Assembly: GCA_002269645.1 (NCBI GenBank)
Contig: NIVC01000102.1
Span: 515,950 to 579,949 of the forward strand
Direction of reading: 5' to 3'
DNA from: Macrostomum lignano
Lineage: Eukaryota
Length of the DNA: 64,000 nucleotides
In this document: positions 1-14,200 of the stretch, in pieces
Layout of the letters: each line of letters opens with the position of its first letter
How positions within the stretch are numbered: the stretch's first letter is position 1
The notes under the pieces: generated by a model
Database searches by the model: none
The model's input: only the letters and a program-made list of their open reading frames with translations
What the model was told of the DNA's origin: nothing
Translations under genes and position numbers: made by a program

Positions 1-2760
1 GGCGCTTTTTATGAGTTGACGGCGGTGCAGCTGAGGCAGCAGAGGCTGACAACCTTCTGTCGTTAGAAGGCGTCGATGCCGGATCTGCTGAGGCAGCAGA
101 GGCTGACAACCTTCTGTCGTTAGAAGGCGTCGATGCCGGATCTGCTGAGGCAGCAGAGGCTGACAACCTTCTGTCGTTAGAAGGCGTCGATGCCGGATCT
201 GCTGAGGCAGCAGAGGCTGACAACCTTCTGTCGTTAGAAGGCGTCGATGCCGGATCTGCTGAGGCAGCAGAGGCTGACAACCTTCTGTCGTTAGAAGGCG
301 TGGATGCCGGATCTGCTGAGGCAGCAGACGACCCCCTAGGGCCCCTATTATTGGTCGGCGTTGATGCAGGGGCAGCGGGCCGATTGGCTGCTCCAAGTAC
401 AGGCTGTCGCCGATGTATTCTCCCAGCAATTCTGTCGTTGCCGCGTTTGAGTTGATCCACAACGACAGTTTTTACATTGTCTCGGGAGGGACGCCCAAGC
501 TCTTCAGACGGGCCATAGATGGTGGTGATGGCATCTGTGGGTTCAAAAGTTGACCGGTATATATTGTTGAGCGAAATTACGAAGCGCTAAGTTAGATTTC
601 CTTAGTTTGGTATGTTAAATAAAGAATTGTTTTTAGATTTTGCTAATACTTGTACGCCTATGTTACCCATCTCCCCATTTAAAAGTAAAAAGGAATAAGT
701 ACGGATTTATTTTGTGTAATAGACAGAAATTCCATACCTTGAAATCTCTCAATGAATACGGCACTAAAAGCCAATTCGCCATCTGATAGGATAGTCTCAA
801 TCCCAGCGTTATGGGCTCTCGCCTGCAGGTCATTGCCCTTAAAGTTTATGACCGCCTGCATATTCGCCGACAGAGTGCAGTCCAGCATAGCCCGGATAGA
901 ATCCTGCCATCTCTGTCTGCGACACAGACGCAGTAGAAGCCTCTGGAAATAGTTATGGTAATGATATACATTCTGTATTTTCAATGCTAATTTTGTATTA
1001 TACACGTATGTAAAGAGCTTTAAAGTTGATTTTCTGTCATACTACTCACTAGGTATAATCAGTAGAGTAACAAGAAAATTTTGCTTAGCTTAAGTTTGGA
1101 ATTTAATTTATCGAAAATTTAGCTTAAAAATGCTGACTTTCTAATTCTAACACATTTTGCATGGCCAGAGGCTAAATATATATTTGTTGGCGAAAGATAA
1201 ATATATTTTACCAAGGATGCTAAATGCTCCACTGGCCGCTCGTCAGCAAACTGAACGTACTGCTCCCAGCTTCTGATAGGCCAAAAGGTGGTCTCCGGTG
1301 CAGCGTCTGGGTCCAGTGAAGCTGAGATCCGCGTCAGCTCAGCACGCATTCCCGACACCTCGTTGACAACTCTGTTGAGATGCTCCACGAGCTGAATATG
1401 CCGTACCTCGGACTCCCGAAGGTGAGTTAGCTGCACAAATAGCAGCCCAAGAACACTGTCCAACGGGCCCGTGTGGCGTCTTTCAAATTGGTCCTGTAAG
1501 GACCGAATGCCTTGCGGCCACTGTTGCTGTTGCGATGTTGCTGCAACTGTCTGAGCTGAATTTTCTGAAAACATCCCACTTGATGCCGCAGTTTCGCCTG
1601 ACGGACTCTTTGGCACGGTAGAGTCATTCGGGACTCGGCGCCTCGGTTTTGGTGTTGGCGGCGGGCCTGTTGCTGATGGCGTCGGCACCGGGGCAGCGTC
1701 CTCTACGGCTGACTCAGTCTCGAGTGGCAGAGACTGCACCGACTGTGGCGGTTGCATGGTCGTATCGTTGCCCCCAGCTTCTGGCGACACAAGCGATGTT
1801 GGTGGTTGAGACTCCTCGGCCGCGTTTCTGTCATCCGAACTAGGTGACATGGGCAGAAGCTGAGCTGCCGTCTCTACCACTTCTGCTGCTCCAAGCCGAT
1901 AACAAACCGCCTCACTTCGCTGCTCATCATCTGCATCCCGAGTCTCGAAGAAGGTGTCTGTATCAGACGCGGAGCCTATTGCAACATCCTGTGTGATTTA
2001 AATAAAAATTCTGCATTTAGAGTTGATTAGTGGATGGAATCTAATTCCACTGAGATAATGCTATGCTAGATCTGCTTATTTCGAAGAGAAAACCTCGGAC
2101 TTTGAATTGGATGGACAGACGAGAGTCTTTGAGTTTATTTACGGATAATTTACGGATATGGCTCGGTTAATGCATATAGCATATATGAGAAAGTGTTGTG
2201 GTTATTGTTGATAATTTCAAAGTTGTTCGTGATGTGCTTAACGACTTATTGGTAGAGCTCATGACCCATGATACCAAGCTCATAATTTCTATATTGCTGG
2301 CGCGATACACAAGGAACTCACACGACTTTGGTAACGACGACGGGCTTCTTTGGCGTCATCTTCAGTAAACACACGAGGCTGCACCTTAGCCAAAACATCA
2401 CAAAGCCGAACCTTCTTGGCTACTAATTCCCGGATGAACCGGATACTACTAGTAGGCTGCAACTCCTTGGACAGAATTACCTATAAGAAAAAAAAGCAAC
2501 GAGACGATTGTCAGCGTGGGAAGTCTTCGATGCATGAAATTCACAGCAAACAATGAATTAAATACACAACTTACTTGGAGAATGACAGCTTCGTAATATT
2601 CCCCTTCGTACTCTACCGAGCAATTCCAGATGTCAGTTGACTCTCGGTACTTCAGCCATTCTGATTCCGTTAATACTGCTAGATGCGGAGGCAGTCTAAC
2701 ATATTCTGTTTCAGTCTCAATGACTTGTCTATCAACTTTAAAAACAATTACGAATTTCAT
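1..2760 (-). CDS. Spliced accessory gene of the EnSpm/CACTA-like transposon (DUF4806-like protein); 3' end runs off the window
   Basis: Exon-like pieces: 2760-2576 (MKFVIVFKVDRQ...EAVILQ|gtaagt), 2481-~2325, ~1990-~1211 (S/P/T-rich, then WPIRSWEQY...), ~950-738 (RAMLDCTLSANMQAVINFKG...FQ G|gtatgg) and 534-1 (cacag|AT gives D, then AITTIYG...VVDQLKRGNDRIAGR). The last junction is in phase. It lies divergent from the transposase. The family name comes from recalled motif resemblance, and the middle junctions are unresolved. Confidence 0.55.
31..328 (-). repeat. 57-bp tandem repeat, ~5 copies, coding (ASTPSNDRRLSASAASADP)n
   Basis: The unit recurs at 57-bp spacing (aaccttctgt at 51, 108, ...) and is open in the frame of the last exon of the accessory gene. 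Confidence 0.9.
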
Positions 2761-3147
2761 TATTTGCAAAAATGCTAAGATAGATCGGGGTACGAACCTT
2801 GAATGGGGTTGTTGGAGTGCTAGGAAAATAGATACGAGCTGGAGAGAACAGAACTAAACAGCTTGTAGTGGCTTTTCAGTCCCCGCCATGGTTTTCGGGG
2901 GACGAACTCCGGGACCAATGCCATTTCTTCAGGGCGGCCGCGGTAGGTTGGTAGTAAGTTCTAGCCGACAGCCGGCAGCCAATTAGCTTAAAGCAAAGTT
3001 AAAGCTTTGAAAGCTTTGAATTAGAAAATTTGCTTTTTAATTGATTTTTATAGTACGAGCATACGAGCTTGATTTGTCTAGAAAACTTTCAATTTTCGAA
3101 TTATCACCTAACTTCTAATTTTTACGGCATTTAATGTTCACAAAATA

Positions 3148-5342
3148 ATGAGAGTCTATAAGACCAAGAATTCCCGACACAAGGCTGACAAGCATTTAAG
3201 AAAGTTATTCGATGGCGCACATAGCCGAAGTAGCTTACTATCATGTTCTAATGCCACTACCACTTCAGCAAGTTCATCAATCTGCATCACACAAGAAGAT
3301 TCTTTACCGACTGTTCCAGCGGCAAGAGCTGCCGAAAAAGTTGCTATATCTGAAGATTCTTTTTCAAACAGTAAGTCGCTTATCTCAAGTTTAGAAACGC
3401 GCTCAATAAGCTATATAGCTTCTTACATGATTTAATCCTCTACTCTGCCACAATGTGTTACTCTCACTTAAGGTTAATGCTATTATTGATATTTCATTTC
3501 CTGGCAGGTGGACTTTCTGATGACGTCGAAATACTTGGGGATCTTGAGTCCCTTTGTAGTGAGTCCAGTGATGAAGCTGAGGAAGACGATAATTCGAGGG
3601 ATGCTTGCGTAGAGACGGACGATCGCCCACTGGAAGTGCAATTGGAAGACGTATTCGTTTCATTGCGGACCGTGCACGGGGTTTCTCGAAGAGCGGTTGA
3701 ATTTTTGATTGGAGAATTGCACCGACTAGGATTGCCTGTGCCTAGGTCGGCCAGCCGCATTGAAACCATCATTAAATCGACGGAACCCGCCACTAAGCTG
3801 CTGTCAATGGGTGCAGGGAAGTTTCGCTACGTGTCAATTCTGAACAATCTGCAGGAACTGCATAAAAAAGATTTGCTGAAGCTGAAGCCTGAAAGTATTG
3901 GACTTGAAGGAGACAGTAGAGTTTACAATCTCATTGGCGTCGTAAATTGCGATGGTCTTCCGCTCTACAACTCTAGCTCCTTCGGAATGTGGCCAATTCT
4001 CATGATGATTCCACAGGCTTTTCCCAAACCTTTTCCGGTGGCGATTTGGTTTGGTGAAGGCAAACCTCCTCTGGAGGATTTCCTGGAAGAATTCTGTATC
4101 GAAGTGAAACAGTTTCTTTCCGGGCCCATCGAAATTGCAAACGCAGTCAGTGTAACGCTTTCCGAGCTACTTTTTGTTTGTGACACCCCAGCGCGATCAT
4201 TTTTAATGCGGACATTAGGACACACTTCTTACCACGGTTGCACTTACTGCAGAGCGACGGGTCCGCGCGTGGACAATAGGGTGACCTACTCAACTACAAT
4301 AGGGGAGAAGAGGTGCGGAGAAATGTACCGGGCGAAGCAAGAGAGCTGTATGGATTACGAACGAACACACAAGGTGTCACCCCTTCTATATCTACCTCGC
4401 GTGGACTTCGTTACGTCGTTCCCTATTGACTATCAGCACGCTGTCTGTCTCGGGGTAGTCCGGAAGCTGATGCACTTTTATTTTCCGGTTTCTGCACGGC
4501 ACCGACTCAACCATCCTCAGAGACAGCTTTCTGACTGGATTGCTGAAATTTCCTGCTGGACACCTTCAAATTTCCAGAGGAGACCTCGGCGAATCGACAA
4601 AAACCTGAGCCATTTTAAGGCTACTGAATTCAGACAGTTCGTGCTGTATATCGGACCCATCCTGTTCAGAAAGTATTTACCTACTAAGCTGTACAAACAC
4701 TTTCTGCTGCTGCACTTTGCTATCTACACCTACTCGACGACCAAACTTTCTAATCGATGGGAACATGCTCAGAGCTGCATCGAGGTTTTTGTTCAGCAGT
4801 TGGCCGTGTATTTTGGCCAGAAGTCAGTATCATTCAACGTGCACGCCCTACTGCACATGCATGACTTTGTCAAGCATCTGGGTAGCCTGAACAGCTTCTC
4901 AACATTTCCATTTGAGAATTACCTCGGCATTGTAAAGCGTAAAGTGAGAGTGACTCGCCATGTCGCTTCTCACGCCGTCAAGCAGGTTCTACAGGTGCGG
5001 CACGTTCAGATGATGCGAGGACCAGCAATTATTTCTCCGTCGCTAAAATTTTCCACTACGAGAGGCGACAACTGCTGCATTCTGGGACGATCTTGCATGA
5101 TGATCGAAGCAACATCCGACAAGGGCACTGTGACGGGAAAGATACTACGCCCAGTTGAAGAATTGTACTCATATCCATACAGTTCTTTAAAATTGGAGAT
5201 CGGAGTGTACCGCCTAACCTCAGAAGTAATTTCTGGCAAGCCGGAAAGGAAGTGCTGGTGCATTCCGAAGCAGCCGAACGCTGAAGGCACCTGCGAGTTA
5301 TTCTATGTCGTACCACTGACGGGCGAGGACATCAGTAATTAA
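3148..5342 (+). CDS. EnSpm/CACTA (CMC superfamily) DDE transposase, join(3148..3370,3508..5342), 685 aa
   Basis: Phase-1 intron A|gtaagt...ctggcag|GT keeps the frame (2058 nt). Motifs: NCDGLPLY..SS..MWPI, CDTPAR..GH...GC..C, DYQH.VCLGV, FKATEFR.F.LY.GP, NVH.L.H, S.FPFEN.LG. No stops. Element termini were not identified. Confidence 0.85.
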
Positions 5343-8204
5343 GTATTTGCAAGAACAAACTTTTAAACTTCGAGCGAAGATAGAGTTTTTTAATTCGTTT
5401 TTCATCATTTTCTATCGCCAAGTTTATTCCCAATCCCAACCCAGCATACGGTTAAACATAATGCCAAGAGTTCAAACCAGCTAGCATAGAATTGTTAATT
5501 TGACACACTAGGCAGCCTAGGCTGTGGGGGTTGCCCCATAAATTCCCTGGCCGGGGCCCCAAGTTTTGCATTAGAATTTTTCGGTGTCTGCCACAGTTAT
5601 TTAGTCTTGATTTTTGTATATAGGAAGGATTCTTTTATCTCTGTAAAATATATCTTTAGTAACCCGCTCGTAAAACACACCTGGAGAGAGCAATGCTTTC
5701 CTGTTCTTTGTTCAATATCGCGTATATGGTATTGGGGCCTTACTCTTTGTTAGAGCCCCTTTACTTTTCGTCTCTTTCTTCCCTCGTAGAAGGAAGAATC
5801 CAAAGAGGGGGAGCCTTAAAACTAATTTTTTTCTTCTAGATTGGTAAAGTGAGTGGAAGAAAATACAGAATCGTTCAGTTTAAGCCAGGTGTCCGTTTGT
5901 ACAAATTCAGGGACTTCTCTGTATAGATGCTATGTAGAGAACTCCCTGGTAAAATCGCAAGCTTTTTCGAAGAGCCATGTGAAAAAAGAATTTATGAGAA
6001 AAAGAGAAAGAAAATATTTAGATAGCATAAAAATTCTAGCTAGAAACACAGACCCGCATAAAAATTTATGGGAGTCACAATGGGTGTTGTCTAAACAGAC
6101 TAGCCGTATAACTTCTTTTTTGGTCTGCAGCTAGTTTCCTCCTAACACTAAATTATATGATTTTTCTGCGATTTCCTGCTCGTGTCACTGTTGCATACTT
6201 GCTGTCAAATATTTCCATAACTAAGAACAAAGAACAAAGAAGCACAGAAAATTTTCGTTGAATTTTTATCAACGCCAAACATATGCCCATGCAGTGTGAG
6301 CACTGAGCACTATAGGGATCTCAGTCCTGGTAGCCCGGGATTGGGATTGGGACTAATCCCAAGATTTTTTACAAATCCAGGATAGGATGAGTTAGTTTTT
6401 GTCAGAAAAATGCGACATGCAACATGAATATACGATGAATACTCTCGTATATTCTATTCTTCCATCTTCCATGCAATACTGTATGCTTCTATATTAACTC
6501 AGTTTTTAGCTCATATAACGTATTCTAATTTTTTTGTAATCTAGAATCTAGTTTGCAAAAACTGTAATCAATTTTGTCTGTGGAAACTCATGTTAATCAC
6601 TGTCCTTTTATGACCCCAGCTTGAGCCATAGACAAATGCATGTATCCTAAAGCTGTATTCAATTTTGCCAAAACTGCGACCTTAGGGAGCCAAAGAATAT
6701 ATTTAGAATCAATTTTAGTATACTTGATTGAATTCAGAAGTGAATGAACGAAACAGTAGAAGTGAACATTGAATTAAACACATGAATGTGTACGCGCATA
6801 CATTAGCCACTGAAATGAAGAGAGGCTAATGTTAGTCGTCATTGTCATTCAGTCAAAGATTTTGACCAGCTCTAAACATCTGGATTTAGTTTGTAGAGTG
6901 TGATTTACCCATGCACTGAAACACGATTCTTTGTGCGATGCCCAGCAGCCTATCGAAACCAGTTCTCTCCATTTTGAAATGCTTGAGTCAAACCGCGCTG
7001 CCGGTGTTTTTCATGGAAATCTTGCTGTAAGATCCACACTGGGCCATTCTTGCTCCTGTCTGTCGAAAACCATATACGCAATCGATCATTATGATTCCAA
7101 CATGAGCAAACTAGGTTGCAGTTTTGGCAAATTTGAATGCAGTTTTGGCTAACTAGATTGCAAAAATCTAGTTATTACCATGTATATATTATAATAAATA
7201 GTTTTATACTGTATAAAATAAGTGCATTGTCTCTTTGTAAGCTTTTACTCTCGCGTCTAATCTTTTTCTGCAAAAAGTACATCACAACTCACAAGCAATT
7301 ATGTTGACTTTTTCCAAAAAGTTTTTTAAAACAATTACTTACTAGGTAAATGAGTAATTTTTTTAAAGCGTTTAACACCAGCAGAAATAAATTGCGTTCA
7401 TACAATTTACAATAAATACAGCGTTATAAGCTAATTCACCCTTAAACCCGATTCAAATCCAGCACAAAAGTACTCTGTTTCTTTCAATATCATTTTGCTT
7501 GGTAGAATGAGCATCAGTATGAGGGATTAAGGGTGCTCATACCGGTAGTATGTGTGAGTCATGTGACCCCATTCTCCGCCTTGATACAAACCGAGTCTTT
7601 ATTCTTAATACACCCTTTATTCGCCTACCCTCCCATTTTATGTCTATTCGATCATTCAAACATATTCTCATGGCCTATATTTCGGTGCTGTGGCAAGGAG
7701 TTCTAAATCTAGAATCTTGGTTCTGGCAAAGAAATCTAGAACAACTTAGAACCTGCTAAAAATAGACGGACGCTACTATATCTAGATTTCCTTGCAACCC
7801 CCACCAATCCGCCTCAAAGTAAACAAAGACCACAGACAGCTGTGTAACAGGATATATATACACATCCAGAATGTCTGAAGTTAGAAATCGGTTTGTTTGA
7901 GAGGGAAGATTTTTTTGTGCTTTTCTCAATTGCGTTATGACTATACTTTGAGTAGGGAGCCCCCATTAGTTCCCTTGTTCCCTAGTCCATATCCTTTATT
8001 TTATGTGAATTGAAAAGGCCCGGAATCAAAATTGGCTAAATGAGAGGAAGAAAAAAGCTGTGCTATTTGCTAATTTAAGATCCCGTGCCTTTGTCCAGGG
8101 AATATGTAAAGTATTCCCTGCTTTACCGCACAGAAATAAGATATATAGTTCGAGGGGGTTTCACAAATTCGAAATTTCACGTCGAAAGCACCTTCTTTCA
8201 CAAG

Positions 8205-9295
8205 ATCATAGATGTATCAGTGTGGTCTAGTAGCCTGTAGAAATGTAGCCACTAATCTGCTGATCCGGCCTGGCAAATTCGGGTTGAATTTATTGACTTT
8301 CTCCTATCTAAATACACTACAAATTGGCCATTTCTCCGCCTTTGCATATCTTGAGAGCCGATTGACTTACTCAAACAATTATTTCTGCATCATACATGTA
8401 TCAGTGTGGTCTAGTAGCCTGTAGAAATTTAGCCGCTAATCTGCTGATTCGGCCTGGCAAATTCGGGTTGAATTTATTGACTTTCTCCTATCTAAATACA
8501 CTACAAATTGGCCATTTCTCCGCCTTTGCATATCTTGGGAGCTGATTGACTTACTCAAACAATTCTTTCTGCATCATACATGTATCACTGTGGTCTAGTA
8601 GCCTGTAGAAATTTAGCCGCTAATCTGCTGATCCGGCCTGGCAAATTCGGGTTGAATTTATTGACTTTCTCCTATCTAAATACACTACAAATTGGCCATT
8701 TCTCCGCCTTTGCATATCTTGGGAGCTGATTGACTTACTCAAACAATTCTTTCTGCATCATACATGTATCAGTGTGGTCTAGTAGCCTGTAGAAATTTAG
8801 CCGCTAATCTGCTGATCCGGCCTGGCAAATTCGGGTTGAATTTATTGACTTTCTCCTATCTAAATACACTACAAATTGGCCATTTCTCCGCCTTTGCATA
8901 TCTTGGGAGCTGATTGACTTACTCAAACAATTCTTTCTGCATCATACATGTATCAGTGTGGTCTAGTAGCCTGTAGAAATTTAGCCGCTAATCTGCTGAT
9001 CCGGCCTGGCAAATTCGGGTTGAATTTATTGACTTTCTCCTATCTAAATACACTACAAATTGGCCATTTCTCCGCCTTTGCATATCTTGGGAGCTGATTG
9101 ACTTACTCAAACAATTCTTTCTGCATCATACATGTATCAGTGTGGTCTAGTAGCCTGTAGAAATTTAGCCGCTAATCTGCTGATTCGGCCTGGCAAATTC
9201 GGGTTGAATTTATTGACTTTCTCCTATCTAAATACACTACAAATTGGCCATTTCTCCGCCTTTGCATATCTTGGGAGCTGATTGACTTACTCAAT
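8205..9295. repeat. 184-bp tandem repeat, ~6 copies
   Basis: The atgtatcagtgtggtctag unit starts at 8212, 8396, 8580, 8764, 8948 and 9132. Confidence 0.95.
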
Positions 9296-9401
9296 CTGCT
9301 GATCCGGCTTGGCAGATTCATAGACTTCATTGACTTGGAAAATGACGGTACTATGGTAAAAATGACGGTATTTTACGCTACTCGCAGTTCGATCTAGCTT
9401 A

Positions 9402-9530
9402 GGCCGCTGTACACTCCTGTGTGAGTATGTGCCTGCTCAGGGGAGTCGGCGGAAAGGGCAGTAATGCCTCTCGCCGGTTGTGTGTGTGCCTGTGTCGTTT
9501 AAAGTGCGCCAGGGTGCACACAACCCCCCT
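9402..9530 (+). repeat. Dispersed ~130-bp structured element of unknown class (second copy inverted at 56315-56446)
   Basis: Blocks shared with the second copy: ggcYgctgtacactcctgtgtg, caggggag, gtaatgcctctcgc, ggttgtgtgtg, ttaaaRtgcgcc, aaccccc. Consecutive hairpins are visible by eye. Confidence 0.65.
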
Positions 9531-10214
9531 GCCTCAAAAAAATAGGCCTTTCTTCTTTCTCTCTTTAGCCTGTGCAAAAAGAGGTTCAAGAAAGAAACCA
9601 TGGGATAAAGCGAATCTTACCCACTTAAACGTATTTCATGCATATCTACAGTTTGTGATCTGTGAGCTAACGTAACAAATTAAAATTCCAGTGCAGATTG
9701 AGTACGCACCATTAAAGGAATAAAACTATTTTACTAAAGTTTTATCTCTTAAAAGCAATAATGCTTTTTAGCTACTGTAAGTAGCTAGCTAAGAACATTA
9801 ATTTTTGCAGTTTAAAAAAATAACTGTCTTAGCACTCCATCTTTTGTATAGCGTGCAAATACAGCGGTCTGCCTTTTTCAGCTTTTCGTCGAAAGTATTA
9901 AGGGCAAAAACCTTTTTTGGATAGCAAAAGGGCAACGTAAAATAATTTTCTAAGGAGAAACTAATCTAAAAAACTATGCTAGCAAATGCGGGCGCCCTTG
10001 GACAACAGGGCGCAGAGTAGGGCGTACTGTGTTTTCTAAAAAATATGGATTGAATAAAACGGTAATTTTAGGGCGAAATTTTATGTTCTTTGTGTGTTTA
10101 AATATCAATAACACCGAAATAAATCAAAAAGAAGAAAACTTTTTTTTTGTGAAAATTCTGGGGGCGCCTTGTGGGCGTAGGTTGCCCACCGGCGCCTGAC
10201 ATATTCTCTCCACT

Positions 10215-11080
10215 GGGTGGTTCCCCATCCGCTACTCAGCTTCTGGTTCCCCATCCTCTACTCAGCTTCCCGTTCCCCATCCTCTACTCAGCTTCTGGTT
10301 CCCTATCCTCTACTCAGCTTCCGGTTCCCCATCCTCTACTCAGCTTCCGATTCTCCATCCTCTACTCAGCTTCCGGTTCCCCATCCTATACTCAGCTTCC
10401 GATTCTCCATCCTCTACTCAGCTTCCGGTTCCCCATCCTCTACTAAGCTTCTGGTTCCCCATCCGCAACTCAGCTTCTGATTCCCTATCCTCTACTCAGT
10501 TTCTGATTCCCTATCCTCTACTCAGCTTCCGGTTCCCTATCCTCTACTCAGCTTCTGGTTCCCTATCATCTACTCAGCTTCTGGTTCCCTATCCTCTACT
10601 CAGCTTCCAGTTTCCTATCCTCTACTCAGCTTCTTCCGATTCCCTATCCTCTACTCAGCTTCCGGTTCCCTATCCTCTACTCAGCTTCCAGTTCCCTATC
10701 CTCTACTCAGCTTCCGGTTCCCCATCCTCTACTCAGCTTCTGGTTCCCCATCCGCTACTCAGCTTCTGGTTCCCCATCCTCTACTCAGCTTCCCGTTCCC
10801 CATCCTCTACTCAGCTTCTGGTTCCCTATCCTCTACTCAGCTTCCGGTTCCCCATCCTCTACTCAGCTTCCGATTCTCCATCCTCTACTCAGCTTCAGGT
10901 TCCCCATCCTATACTCAGCTTCCGATTCTCCATCCTCTACTCAGCTTCCGGTTCCCCATCCTCTACTAAGCTTCTGGTTCCCCATCCGCAACTCAGCTTC
11001 TGATTCCCTATCCTCTACTCAGTTTCTGATTCCCCATCCTCTACTCAGCTTCCGATTCCCTATCCTCTACTCAGCTTCTG
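10215..11080. repeat. 26-bp minisatellite (cctctactcagcttccggttccccat)n, ~33 copies
   Basis: Directly visible. The last unit supplies ctactcag just before the RRM-coding sequence. Confidence 0.95.
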
Positions 11081-11240
11081 GTATTCGGCGGAGCTTCCGG
11101 TGGCAGCAGGCAGTCGGCGCTGGCGCCGCGCGATCCGAGCGACGAGGCGTCTTCGAAAATCGAAAAATCGAAAATCTTCGTCGGCGGCCTCAGTCCCGAC
11201 GTGAGCACCGACGGCCTGCGCGAGTACTTTGCCAGGAGCT

Positions 11241-14200
11241 TGTTATGTTTTGGATATGAATGTTAGATTACGGCATAGCCGTCTGTGCTGCGCTTAGTTC
11301 GTATCTGCAGCTCTCGTATATTTAGCTTATAAAGACATAAAGCTAAGGTCATAGACAACTTAATTCGGTCTGTCTGCGACATCCCTTTTTTTCCAAAAAG
11401 AAGTGTCATACGCATTAATGGATGAATGAAATGATAACTGGCATTGTCAGTTAGTTCAGTTTGAGTGCATATAATTATGAAGCCTTGTAAAATTGAGTTG
11501 GCTTCACTTCACGTCCATATCGTGTAATGTATTTTGTTCCACCAGATTTTCCAGAATCCAGCTGCGAATTGTGTACTGTATCGGATGCATGAGCGTCTGA
11601 GCTGTAAGTCTGAATCGTTCCATTGTTAGAATCCTGATTAGGTAGTTGAATCCTTGAATACTCTGGTATGGTCTGCATTCTGCGGTCTGTATTGCGCTTT
11701 GCCAGAAATCTGCGATTTCGTCTGAATTCACGACCTGTAGCAGTTCGAACTTTGTATGACCTGTCTGGGTCAGTGACATCGGGTTTCACGATTTCTGCAG
11801 GAATCCATTGTCTTCGATCTTCTTGCATCCACACCTGATCTCCTTCTTTAAACGGTCGTAGGTCTCGTGCAGTGCGATTGTAGTAGAATGCCTGTTTACT
11901 GTTCTTCTCTGCCAAAATCTCTAGTTCACGTTTTGTCCAGACTTGTCTTGGTTTCAGCTGTTCAATGGGCAGTGGCAGTTGATATCTGAGCTTTCGTCCC
12001 ATCACTAGCTCAGCCGGTGTCGGTAGCCCTCTTTCAATTGGCGTATTCCGATAGTGTAGTAATGCACAATTTATATCTTCTGCTTTGTTTAGAAATCCTT
12101 TAACTGTCTGAACAGCTCTTTCTGATAGGCCATTTGATTGTGGATATTTTGGCGACGATGTCCTAATTCGTATACCTTTCTGTTCAGCAAACTCTTTAAA
12201 CCTGTTGGATCCAAATGGAGGTCCGTTGTCACATCTTATCACTTCTGGAGTACCATAGGTAGCAAAATATTGTGACAGCTGTTTTATGACGCACTCTGCT
12301 GATGTAGTCGTGATCTTATCAGTGCAGATCCATCGACTTAACCTGTCAACCAGGACAATGTGTGTTTCTCCTTTCCAATAGAAAATGTCAGTTCCACACT
12401 CTTGAAATGGATACTCAGGTATTTCAACCATTTTCATGGATTCTTTTTGATGAAGAGCTTGGTAACTTTGGCATTTTTCGCATGAAGAAATGTATTGCTC
12501 AATGTCATGGCGCATTCGAGGCCAAAATACAGATTCAGTAGCCTTCATCAACGTCTTTTCCACGCCTTGATGACTTTCATGGAGGATTTGAAGCATTTGT
12601 CTTCGCATTGCATCAGGAATGAATATTTTGCTGCTCTTGTATATGAGTCTGTCATTCTCCATCAGTTCATGCCGAATATTCCAGAATGGCTTCAGCTCTT
12701 CAGCTATTTGGGATTTGGCATCTGGCCAACCCTCTCGAATCTGGTCCTTTAGCTTATGACATAAATCGTCAGCATTTGTGTGATGCTGGATGTCCTTTAG
12801 CAAGTTGTCTGGTAGGCATACACGAGCTACTCCAAGTATTTGGCACTGAATGTCATCATCAATATCATTGGATGAATGTACGGATTTCAGATAAGCGCGG
12901 CTTAGTGTATCCGCAAGGTATAGTTCTTTTCCGGGTACATACGTCACATTGAGATCGAATTCTTGAATTTTCAAAGCTAGTCGCTGCAGTCGAGCTGATA
13001 GTTCACTCAGTGGCTTTTTCATAATGAATTGCAGGGGCTTGTGATCTGATTCAACCTGTACGTGCCGACCCCATAAGTATTGTCGAAATCTGCGACATCC
13101 AAAGACTATTGCTAAGAATTCTTTTTCGATTTGAGCATATTTCTTTTGAGCAGGAGTCATCGATGACGATGCGTATTCAATGACGTGTCCATCTTGCATC
13201 AATGCGGCTCCGAGTCCATCTTTACTGGCATCTACACTTAGAATGACACTCTGATCTGGGTTAAATTGTCCCAATAGTGGAGCTTTGCACAGTGATTCCT
13301 TAATTGCTTCATATGCTTCTTCCTGCCGTTTTCCCCAGTTCCACGCTACATCTTTTTTCAGTAACTGTCGCAAAGGTGAAGCAAGCGCTGAGAAATTTGG
13401 TATGAACTTCGACAAGAAGTTTGCGCTGCCGATGAATCTTTGTAGTTGCGCGGCTTTTTCAGATATCTGGGAGTAACTGTTCGGATGCGGCATGTCTTTG
13501 ATGCTTCGTATCTTTTCCGGATCGATCTTGACTCCTTCGCTGGTTAGAATATGTCCTAGGAATTTCAACTCTCGCTGTCCGATTTTAGCTTTGGTCTTGT
13601 TTAGCTTTAAATTCTTATCCTTGCACTGCTGTAGCAGTTGCCTCACCGAGTCATCATGCTCTTTCCTTGTTCTGCCCCACACGATTATATCGTCAATATA
13701 GTTTGCGGAGTTTGCAACATGACTCGTGATCTCTTCTCTGATTTTTCTCTGATACGCCTCTGGAGCATCCTTCAATCCGAATGGCAGTCTGTTCCACCTG
13801 TAGACTCCGAAAGGTGTATGAAAGGCGGTTAGAAGAGAGCTTTCATGATCTAAAGCTACTTGATGAAATCCTGCTGTAGCATCAAAAGTTGAAAAAAACT
13901 TTGCGCCAGTCATCTTGCTAATAATTTCATTATATGATGGAATTGGGTACCGGTCTCGAATGATGAACTCGTTTAGACTTTGCGGATCGAGACAGAGACG
14001 CACAGAACTGTCAGGCTTCCACACAACCACAACGTTGGATACCCACTCCGTGGGGTGCGAACACTGGGAAATCATTCCTTGCTCACTGAGGCGATGCAGC
14101 TCATCTCTTAATGCTTTCAATGCTGCAAACGGAACTTTTCTTGGACCCTGAACTCTGGGAACAGCGTTCGTCTGTAAAACTATGTGGTGTGTTCCTGGCA

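Noticed and set aside
3518-3532. Hammerhead-like CTGATGA-cgtc-GAAA
   Set aside because: Stem II cannot form (C against C), stems I and III are not evident, and it lies in transposase codons SDDVE.
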